Source: a virus. Taken from it: a DNA stretch of 64,000 bases. Below, one piece after another: positions 56,948-64,000 of this stretch. The translations under genes were made by a program, and so were the position numbers. How positions within the stretch are numbered: position 1 is the first letter of the stretch; every line of letters starts with the position of its first letter. The stretch lies in IMG/VR virus record IMGVR_UViG_3300044655_002046; one strand, written 5' to 3'. The notes under the pieces are model-generated. The model had not been told where the DNA came from. It ran no database searches and worked only from the letters and a program-made list of their open reading frames with translations.

Positions 56948-57454
56948 ATGCCTAACATAAGAACCTACATCTTCAATAATACCGTAATACGGGTAATCAT
57001 CAAATGTAAGCAGCCCTGGTTTGTAAAGGACGACATACTCAGTGTATTAGACCTTCGCGACACAGAGGTGCTAAATCCTAAGGAGTGCGCTACCTTTACT
57101 ATTACTGATACTAATAGTACAAAGGATATACCTGTTATATCCATGCGGGCTGTGTATAGGCTTGTCTATATGCAGCAGGACGTAAATAAGACAAATAACC
57201 TTGTTTTGTTCCTGCGCCGTGTAGGAGACGCAGTGGTAGGAGACTATAGAAACACTAGCTTATCTAGGTATCGGCATAGAGCCACTAGCTTATCTAGGTA
57301 TCGGCGGGGCCATTGGCTTGATCTCGAGATTATCTTAATCCTCCTGGTTACTATAACTATGTCGAATTTACTCACGCCGCATAAACATACAGCGATATCC
57401 CCACTTAATGGTATGTTGTCTGTAGATACAGTAGAGGCCCACAATTACAAATAG
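56948..57454 (+). CDS. Bro-N domain protein
   Basis: YIFNNTVIRVIIKCKQPWFVKDDIL...VISMRAVYRLV; internal repeat CACTAGCTTATCTAGGTATCGGC x2. Confidence 0.75.
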   Translation: MPNIRTYIFNNTVIRVIIKCKQPWFVKDDILSVLDLRDTEVLNPKECATFTITDTNSTKDIPVISMRAVYRLVYMQQDVNKTNNLVLFLRRVGDAVVGDYRNTSLSRYRHRATSLSRYRRGHWLDLEIILILLVTITMSNLLTPHKHTAISPLNGMLSVDTVEAHNYK

Positions 57455-57531
57455 AGCCCGGCGCGCTCTCTGACTATCTGATTAGTCTTGCAGCAAGCGT
57501 GAACGGAGCGTTAACTTATTGAGATATAAAT

Positions 57532-58602
57532 ATGGCTAAGAATGAGATCTCAGAGCAACTTAAGCTTGCTCGAAAGCTAGATACTGAGCTTAAGGCAAAG
57601 TGCCCTAATTATATGGGGGGCCTCGGCTCTACTAGTTCTATCGAGCCTACTACTTTTACACCCAGTGGTATATTCTCACTGGATTATGTATTAGGAGGCG
57701 GGTGGCCCGCAGGTAAGATAGTAGAGATTGCAGGTGAGACTAGTGTGGGTAAGACCACACTCATGAAACAATGCGTTAGTCTATTACAGGCTAAAGGATA
57801 CTGGGCAGCGTGGTTAGATCACGAGAAGTCATTCGAGGTCGGCTATGCTCAGATGATGGGTATGAAGATGGACCAGATAGCCATGTTCCGCCCCGATACA
57901 GGGGAGGAGGGTATGGATAGTCTTATTACTCTATTAGGCAGTGGTGTAGTCAAAATTGTCGTCATTGACTCAGTAGCGAATATGATATCCGCCGTTGAGA
58001 TGGAGAAAGGCTCTGCTGATACTACTGTTGCTCAGCTGGCCCGCCTGCTTAGTAAGAAGCTACCTCAAGTAGTCAATGCTGCTAGTAAGACTGGTGCTAC
58101 CGTAGTGCTGATTAATCAGTATCGCACTAAGGTAGGTAGTTACGGGGCCCCCGTCGGCTCCACAGGTGGTAAGGCCCTGGCCTATAATGCTGCTATACAA
58201 CTGCGGCTAGGACGGGGGGACCCCCTTAAGCAGCGGGGCGTTATAACTGGCATGACTATTACAGTCAAGAACACTAAGAATAGAGTAGCTATCCCCTTTC
58301 GTGAGGCAGAGTTAGATTTACTATTACCCTATACAGGACCCAATGGGGATCTGCTGGCGGGCGTAGATTTAGTGGGTGACATTGTACGTCAGGCCGTTAA
58401 GACTGGTATAGTTACTCGTAGTGGGGCCTTCTATACCCTACCTGATGGCTCTAAGTTCCAGGGTCTAGCAGCAGTTCGTGCTGGTATTAACCAGAGTATG
58501 CTAGATTCTATTTACAATCAGTTGTCAGAGTATGATAAACAAGACAACGCAGCAGTACAAGGTGATGACATCGAAGAAACAATTAACGACGAGCATGTAT
58601 GA
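57532..58602 (+). CDS. recA: RecA recombinase
   Basis: LDYVLGGGWPAGKIVEIAGETSVGKT, VVIDSVA, QLARLLS, LINQYR, GGKALAY. Confidence 0.95.
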   Translation: MAKNEISEQLKLARKLDTELKAKCPNYMGGLGSTSSIEPTTFTPSGIFSLDYVLGGGWPAGKIVEIAGETSVGKTTLMKQCVSLLQAKGYWAAWLDHEKSFEVGYAQMMGMKMDQIAMFRPDTGEEGMDSLITLLGSGVVKIVVIDSVANMISAVEMEKGSADTTVAQLARLLSKKLPQVVNAASKTGATVVLINQYRTKVGSYGAPVGSTGGKALAYNAAIQLRLGRGDPLKQRGVITGMTITVKNTKNRVAIPFREAELDLLLPYTGPNGDLLAGVDLVGDIVRQAVKTGIVTRSGAFYTLPDGSKFQGLAAVRAGINQSMLDSIYNQLSEYDKQDNAAVQGDDIEETINDEHV

Positions 58603-59018
58603 CAAATAAGACAACACAACCTCAGTATAAGGTGACACCACCAACTCCGAAACAATTAGCAAATATGACGCTATTAGAATTAACGAGTAGTATAGCTAGT
58701 CACAAGCAGGCTCTGCAGGTTATTGGTGAGTATATGAATAAGCATCTTAAGGATGCAGGCTATACGGCCCATCAATCTTATAGTGCCCCGCCCCATTATA
58801 CTGATGGGCATAGTGATATGGGCAGTGATGCTAATATGGGGGTTAACAATTATACCCCTACCAGCGCGCCATCTCTATTCGATGGACATCTAGTTATCGT
58901 AGATAGCACACTAGAGGACGAGTTCGGAAGAAGTAACGACCTGTCTACTGAGGATATTATAGGAGAGCGTGAACGGCTCGACCTATTAACTAAGATAAGA
59001 AACAGCCAGCAAGACTAA
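58599..59018 (+). CDS. Hypothetical protein
   Basis: 139-aa ORF, operonic. Confidence 0.65.
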   Translation: MTNKTTQPQYKVTPPTPKQLANMTLLELTSSIASHKQALQVIGEYMNKHLKDAGYTAHQSYSAPPHYTDGHSDMGSDANMGVNNYTPTSAPSLFDGHLVIVDSTLEDEFGRSNDLSTEDIIGERERLDLLTKIRNSQQD

Positions 59019-59019
59019 T

Positions 59020-61980
59020 ATGCAAATCAACGTTATACACACAGATGGTACTCGTACCCCCTATGATGCCAATCGCGCTATCGAGGTAATCAACTGGGCC
59101 TGCGAGGGCCTCGAGGTAGATCCCGATAAGTTATCACGGCGACTCAATCGTCGCTTCGATACCGATACTACTACAGAGGCAATCCAGAATGGCCTGATTA
59201 GATCAGCGGCTGAACTAGCTGATTTACAATACCCTGATTGGCTGAAGGTCAGTGGTCGTCTTCGTATGTGGGATTGGCGGCGTAAGGTTAAGGCCCGCCG
59301 CGGCTACCTCTATGGTAATTATCCAGCGGCCTTCGAGTATCTGAGGTCTGAGGGTCTCTATGAGGGGAATCTAATAGAGAAGTTCCTAGACACGTATAGT
59401 GCTGATGACATCGCTGAAGCCGGCACTTGGATAGATCCAGAGCGTGATATGCGCTTTGATATAAGCGGCGCCGATCTTCTCGTCTCGCGTTATCTCCTAG
59501 AGAGCGAGCTATTACAGGAGATGTGGCTAACACAGGCATTACTCCTCAGCATGTTGGAGCCCGCTCATGAGCGCATGGCCTTTGCTCATAAGACCTATGA
59601 CCTGCTCAGCCTCGGTAAGATTAGCCTGGCTACTCCTCTTATGAGTAACCTGCGTCAGGCTGATGGTAGCCTCAGTAGCTGTCACATAATCGATATCGAT
59701 GATAGTCGCGAGAGTATCTTCGATAATATCAAGCAGCTAGCAGCCATGAGTGCTAATGGCGGTGGGGTGGGCATACGTATTAGTAAGGTGCGGGCCCGTG
59801 GTAGTCGCATTCGTAAGAAGAAGGGGGCCAGTGGTGGTGTATGCCCTTGGATTAAGATTATCAATGCTACCATCGTCGCTACTAACCAACGTGGTGTACG
59901 CGCAGGGGCCTGTACCGTAGGTATAGACGTGTGGCATGCTGATCTCCTTGAGTACATGGAGCTGCGGGGTGATGCTGGCAGTGAGCATGTGAAGGCCCGT
60001 GATATCTTGTTGCAATTCATCATCTCTGATGAGTTCATGCGTCGTGTAATTCTAGATAAGGACTGGTACCTAGTGTGCCCTACTGAAATCAAGAATGTAT
60101 TTGGATATCAATTAGCCGATATGTACGGCGATGAATTTACCGATGCTTATCACGCCATCGAGGCCTATATTAACTCTTCTGCCCCTCCGCTCGACGTAGT
60201 TAAGAAGGTCAGCGCTAAGGCTATATGGAAGAAGATGCTGATGCTCTTACTCGAGACAGGTACTCCTTACGTGGCTTTTAAAGACCGCATTAATGCGTTT
60301 AACCCGAATAAGCACGAGGGCATCATCGGTGGAGTAAATCTATGCGTAGCTCCTGAGACACTTCTTATGACTGACCAGGGCCACCTACCTATCGCTACCC
60401 TAGCGGGGCAGGTAGTCAACGCTTGGAACGGCAGTGGGTGGAGTGAGGTAACGGTACGCCAGACAGGGGAGAATCAACCTCTCCTACGAGTCCACTTCAG
60501 TAATGGAGAGACGCTCGATTGTACCTACTATCATAAATTCCACGTACAGCGTGGCATTTGTAGGAGAGAGATTATTGAGGCCCGCGATCTCGAGATAGGT
60601 GATAAGCTTATTAATTTCGATTTGCCAGTTCTATCCTTTGATAACGATGTTGACCTCCTTAAGTTAACTGCTCCTGTTAATGGTTATACTGTTCAGTCTC
60701 GATTAGAGTGGTTGGCTAGGCTGCTTGATTCTAATGGTACTGTGGTTTCTAATAGTTTCCAAATAACGTCTACCAATAAGCCCTTCTTATTACAAGTGCG
60801 GCTCATGCTACAGACGCTTGGAGTAGACTCTGAAGTTACAGCATTATCACCCCGCCAATACCGCTTATTAATTGATAAGAACGGAGTATATCAATTATCT
60901 GAGCTGGGCCTACGAACTAATCGCCTTCAGTGGGTAGCTATTAAACCTAAGTATGACAATACTAATGACATCACTATTGAGAAGGTAGAGCTCACTGGTC
61001 GTCGTGATAATACGTATTGCGCTCACGAACCTAAGCGTAACCTGCTCATGTTCAATGGCGTTATTACAGGGAATTGCGTCGAGTCATATAGTTTATTCAA
61101 TAGCAGCTACTCACACTGCTGTATACTTCTATCATTAGTGTTACCTCGTATTGCTGATGATGAGATGGCTGATGTCAGCCGTATAGCTGTGCGTCTATTA
61201 GATGCCGCGTGTGATCTTACTACTAGCCCCACTCCTGAGGCCCGCGCTCATGTGAACCGCTATCGTACCATAGGCGTAGGTGTCATGGGACTGGCTGACT
61301 GGTTAGCCATTAGGCACCTTAAGTATCAGGACCTCAGTGTCATAGAAAAACTATTCGAAGACATCTGCTTCTATACTACTCAGGCCAGTGTAGAACTAGC
61401 AGAGGAGCGGGGGGCCTATCCTGCATTCCCTGGTAGTGAGTGGAGTAAGGGCCTTATCCTGGGCGGTCGTGATAAGGAGTGGGTCAGCAATAATAGCACC
61501 GACCCCGAGAGATGGTATGCCCTCATGGAGCGTATAATCGTATCGGGTATTCGTAATTCTCACATCCTGGCTACTGCTCCCAATTCCAGCACCTCGCTGG
61601 TACAGGGCACCACGGCCTCCTTCTTACCTGTCTTCTCTCGTCTTACCATTGATAAGAATGGGGCGGGTATTAATACCATCGTCCCTCTCTATATTAAGGA
61701 GGCATTTCACTTTTATCAAGAGAGCCGCCATACTCATCCCAGTGTCGTAGTCTCTGCTGCAGCAGTTATTCAGAAATGGATAGATACTGGTCTCAGCACT
61801 GAGTTGTTATTCAACTTTAATGAACATGCCTATGGTCTCGACTACGTAACCACTGCTAAGGATCTAAATGATGTCTATCTGCAGGCGTGGCGTGAGGGCC
61901 TCAAGACATTATATTACGTGCGGAGTATATGGCAGGATAAGGTAACTGAGAAGAATGAGTGCCAATCCTGCGCTAGTTAA
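59020..61980 (+). CDS. nrdA: Class Ia ribonucleotide reductase alpha subunit with ATP cone and intein
   Basis: ATPLMSN, SSC, GGGVG, NL/CVE, IGVGVMG, APNSSTS, GLKTLYY. Confidence 0.95.
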   Translation: MQINVIHTDGTRTPYDANRAIEVINWACEGLEVDPDKLSRRLNRRFDTDTTTEAIQNGLIRSAAELADLQYPDWLKVSGRLRMWDWRRKVKARRGYLYGNYPAAFEYLRSEGLYEGNLIEKFLDTYSADDIAEAGTWIDPERDMRFDISGADLLVSRYLLESELLQEMWLTQALLLSMLEPAHERMAFAHKTYDLLSLGKISLATPLMSNLRQADGSLSSCHIIDIDDSRESIFDNIKQLAAMSANGGGVGIRISKVRARGSRIRKKKGASGGVCPWIKIINATIVATNQRGVRAGACTVGIDVWHADLLEYMELRGDAGSEHVKARDILLQFIISDEFMRRVILDKDWYLVCPTEIKNVFGYQLADMYGDEFTDAYHAIEAYINSSAPPLDVVKKVSAKAIWKKMLMLLLETGTPYVAFKDRINAFNPNKHEGIIGGVNLCVAPETLLMTDQGHLPIATLAGQVVNAWNGSGWSEVTVRQTGENQPLLRVHFSNGETLDCTYYHKFHVQRGICRREIIEARDLEIGDKLINFDLPVLSFDNDVDLLKLTAPVNGYTVQSRLEWLARLLDSNGTVVSNSFQITSTNKPFLLQVRLMLQTLGVDSEVTALSPRQYRLLIDKNGVYQLSELGLRTNRLQWVAIKPKYDNTNDITIEKVELTGRRDNTYCAHEPKRNLLMFNGVITGNCVESYSLFNSSYSHCCILLSLVLPRIADDEMADVSRIAVRLLDAACDLTTSPTPEARAHVNRYRTIGVGVMGLADWLAIRHLKYQDLSVIEKLFEDICFYTTQASVELAEERGAYPAFPGSEWSKGLILGGRDKEWVSNNSTDPERWYALMERIIVSGIRNSHILATAPNSSTSLVQGTTASFLPVFSRLTIDKNGAGINTIVPLYIKEAFHFYQESRHTHPSVVVSAAAVIQKWIDTGLSTELLFNFNEHAYGLDYVTTAKDLNDVYLQAWREGLKTLYYVRSIWQDKVTEKNECQSCAS
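60343..61074 (+). mobile_element. 244-aa intein in the NLC active-site motif of NrdA, with reduced LAGLIDADG region
   Basis: GGVNL|CVAPET...NGVITGN|CVES; WLARLLDSNG block. Confidence 0.92.
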
Positions 61981-62203
61981 ACTAGGAGAAGTACCAATGG
62001 ATACAAAGAATACAAATTCACTAACACTTGAGCAAGAATTACGGCTGCGCGCTACGTCAGATACTATTGATAAGATGACGTTAGAGCAGGCTCGTGATAC
62101 GCTCAAGGATATGGTAAGGCAAGCAATGATTAAAGATAATCTATTCGCGGCTATCATCAAGAAGAATTGGGGTCTAGAGTTAGCGGCCCCGCCTAATCAC
62201 TAA
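61955..62203 (+). CDS. nblA: Phycobilisome degradation protein NblA (second possible start at 61997)
   Basis: LTLEQELRLR...KMTLEQARDTLKDMVRQAMIKDNLFAAIIKKNWG. Confidence 0.88.
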   Translation: MSANPALVKLGEVPMDTKNTNSLTLEQELRLRATSDTIDKMTLEQARDTLKDMVRQAMIKDNLFAAIIKKNWGLELAAPPNH

Positions 62204-62212
62204 CACCTACTT

Positions 62213-62240
62213 GGGGTGGTCAGAGCCGCCCCTTTTTTGT
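62213..62240 (+). terminator. Intrinsic terminator after nblA
   Basis: GGGGTGG TCAGAG CCGCCCC TTTTTT. Confidence 0.75.
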
Positions 62241-62256
62241 CACTATCTGGAGATAT

Positions 62257-62826
62257 ATGGATAATCAACTCGTACGTAACGTTTTTAATATGGTCGCCGG
62301 CGAGGTAGTCACTACTGATGTCGCTATCAGCCTACTCGGTGCAAAGGACAATTGTTATGTCACTGCTCTCATTAACTCAGTAGCAGCCGGGAATAAGACA
62401 CCTGAACAGGCTACTATAGCCTTCTATGACAGACTAGAGCGTAAGACTCTATTAGATATTGTACATGGTACTCGTCGTAATGTGCCCGCCCAGTTATCTC
62501 TACTGCGCGCTATTCTACTAACTATCGAATTACCGGAGCCCCCCGAATTCGAGTTTAATATCCTTAGTCGAGATGACTTTCAGGCTCTCCGTACTCTAGT
62601 TTATAAGGCCCTCCCTCGTACAGTAGGTGACCCGGATGGACAGAAGGCCTATGCTAAGTTTACTAAGTCAATGGGTCTTGCTACTACTTGGGTACTCGAG
62701 TTACCTGATTATGACGATGAGGAGGAGGAAGAGGAGCTCGATGATGAGCTTCAAGAACTAGCCGCCGAGTTCGTGGAGGAGTTGGGCTTAATCACGAATG
62801 TAGAATCTAAGGCATCCCAAGACTAA
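62257..62826 (+). CDS. Hypothetical protein with acidic tail
   Basis: 189 aa, DDEEEEEELDDE. Confidence 0.7.
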   Translation: MDNQLVRNVFNMVAGEVVTTDVAISLLGAKDNCYVTALINSVAAGNKTPEQATIAFYDRLERKTLLDIVHGTRRNVPAQLSLLRAILLTIELPEPPEFEFNILSRDDFQALRTLVYKALPRTVGDPDGQKAYAKFTKSMGLATTWVLELPDYDDEEEEEELDDELQELAAEFVEELGLITNVESKASQD

Positions 62827-63620
62827 TGCACGCTTATATTGATGAGATACGCGCCCTCCGCCCTCTCGGCAATACAATAGAGCTGGCTATAATCAAGCAT
62901 CGCCAGGTGATAGTACAACGCGGACTGTTCGCAGTCGGTAGTCTATGTATCTATGTGGCCCCTGGCTCTATTCTACGGAATGGGCTAGGGCCCTATAAGC
63001 CCGGCTATAGAGTTAAGGTACGTAGTTACAATGGCTATACTAGCCAGGGGTTAATATTACAAACCCCTCTTAATTTTATTAATTATCAATTAGGACGTGA
63101 TGTCAGTCAGGAACTAGCTATTGATTATCCTACTACGACTCTGCCTGCTATTATACCTGCCCCGCGCCTTACCGAGTGTAGTGATTATAGTAAAGCGCGG
63201 GCTCTGGGTATGTATAGTTGGTATGAGTTACCCCCCGGTCAAGACTGCGCTCTATACGTCATAGGTGGTGTATTCGGTTCTGGCCCCATAAGTGTTGATT
63301 ACGATACCACGACTATATCAGCGTGTATGCGCGCATGGGGCGGAGATCTACTAGTGTGGGGTAGATACAATAGTAGATTCCTGATATATGATCTATACTT
63401 TATAGATCAGCAACGCTATGCCACTCTAGAAGAAATAGAAGACTTCCTACTAGAAGTACCCCTCCAAAGTTTATTAATTGAGAGACATGCCCCGTTACCC
63501 CTAGCTGCTGATACTCTCCATCTATTGTGTGCTACTGTCGATACTATCGTACCTAGTAGTCACATATTGTTGAAAGCAGAGGGGCCCGAGCCATATCAAT
63601 TCGTGGTTAAGCCGTGTTAA
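62826..63620 (+). CDS. DRB0094/Rnl5-family RNA-ligase-like protein, catalytic motif apparently degenerate
   Basis: N-terminal I..IRPL...IELA...QVIVQRG.F.VG.LCIY...RVK......SQGLIL; ELPPGQD where KxDG is expected. Confidence 0.6.
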   Translation: MHAYIDEIRALRPLGNTIELAIIKHRQVIVQRGLFAVGSLCIYVAPGSILRNGLGPYKPGYRVKVRSYNGYTSQGLILQTPLNFINYQLGRDVSQELAIDYPTTTLPAIIPAPRLTECSDYSKARALGMYSWYELPPGQDCALYVIGGVFGSGPISVDYDTTTISACMRAWGGDLLVWGRYNSRFLIYDLYFIDQQRYATLEEIEDFLLEVPLQSLLIERHAPLPLAADTLHLLCATVDTIVPSSHILLKAEGPEPYQFVVKPC

Positions 63621-63624
63621 ATTA

Positions 63625-64000
63625 ATGCAAGTACATATCCCCCCTATCTTTAATCCCAATGGTGACGATAGCCCCCAGAAGCGTAGACTATTTGGTGGTA
63701 ACCCTACTAATATCATTAATCTAAAGGATGTCAAATACAAATGGGCCAGTCGTCTCTTTACAGAGATGAGAGCCAATATATGGATTCCTCAAGCTACTGA
63801 TCTCACGCCTGATATTAATAACTATGTCACGATGCCCTCCGGTATGAGGCGGGCCTTCGATGGTATGTTATCCTATCTCACTTTCCTAGATAGTCTACAG
63901 ACTCGCGTGTTACCAGTACTTATGCCTGTCATTACTGCACCTGAGGTTAGTATATGCATGGGCGAGCAGTTATCGCAAGAGCAGGTGCATTCTCAGTCAT
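63625..64000 (+). CDS. nrdB: Ribonucleotide reductase beta subunit, 3'-truncated by the window edge
   Basis: GGNPTNIINL..VKYKWA...NIWIPQ..DL..D...LSYLTFLDSLQ...EQVHSQS. Confidence 0.9.
   Translation, partial: MQVHIPPIFNPNGDDSPQKRRLFGGNPTNIINLKDVKYKWASRLFTEMRANIWIPQATDLTPDINNYVTMPSGMRRAFDGMLSYLTFLDSLQTRVLPVLMPVITAPEVSICMGEQLSQEQVHSQS

Noticed and set aside
57455-57531. LexA box upstream of recA
   Set aside because: No recognisable cyanobacterial LexA consensus

Overview
Mostly plus-strand 64 kb segment of a large freshwater cyanophage genome, probably infecting Microcystis. Host evidence: nblA, cyanobacterial-type FGE-sulfatase and pentapeptide genes, TTATCAG heptamer repeats and a GTAG-type REP. 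The recA-hyp-nrdA-nblA-hyp-RNA ligase-like-nrdB order recalls Ma-LMM01-like phages from memory; this was not checked. Layout: (1) 1-8.5 kb is a module built around a 1715-aa single-chain two-barrel RNA polymerase with a basic N-terminus and an HExxH motif, punctuated by a repeated terminator+CTTTAGTG motif and followed by a hairpin-repeat non-coding region. (2) AT-rich accessory arrays at about 8.5-11.8 and 25.4-35.4 kb, plus smaller inserts, hold seven FGE/C-type-lectin genes whose 3' ends carry DGR variable-region signatures; no RT or template repeat is present in the window. (3) 16.6-20.5 kb is largely non-coding, with repeated structured motifs and two tRNA-CAT genes. (4) Two minus-strand tail-fibre-type loci. 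(5) Nucleotide, recombination and RNA-repair genes: thyX, recA, nrdA with an intein, partial nrdB, a metallophosphoesterase and an RNA ligase-like gene. (6) An IS607 element with a Fanzor-like TnpB and an IscB/omegaRNA remnant. All calls come from reading motifs by eye; no searches or folding programs were run.
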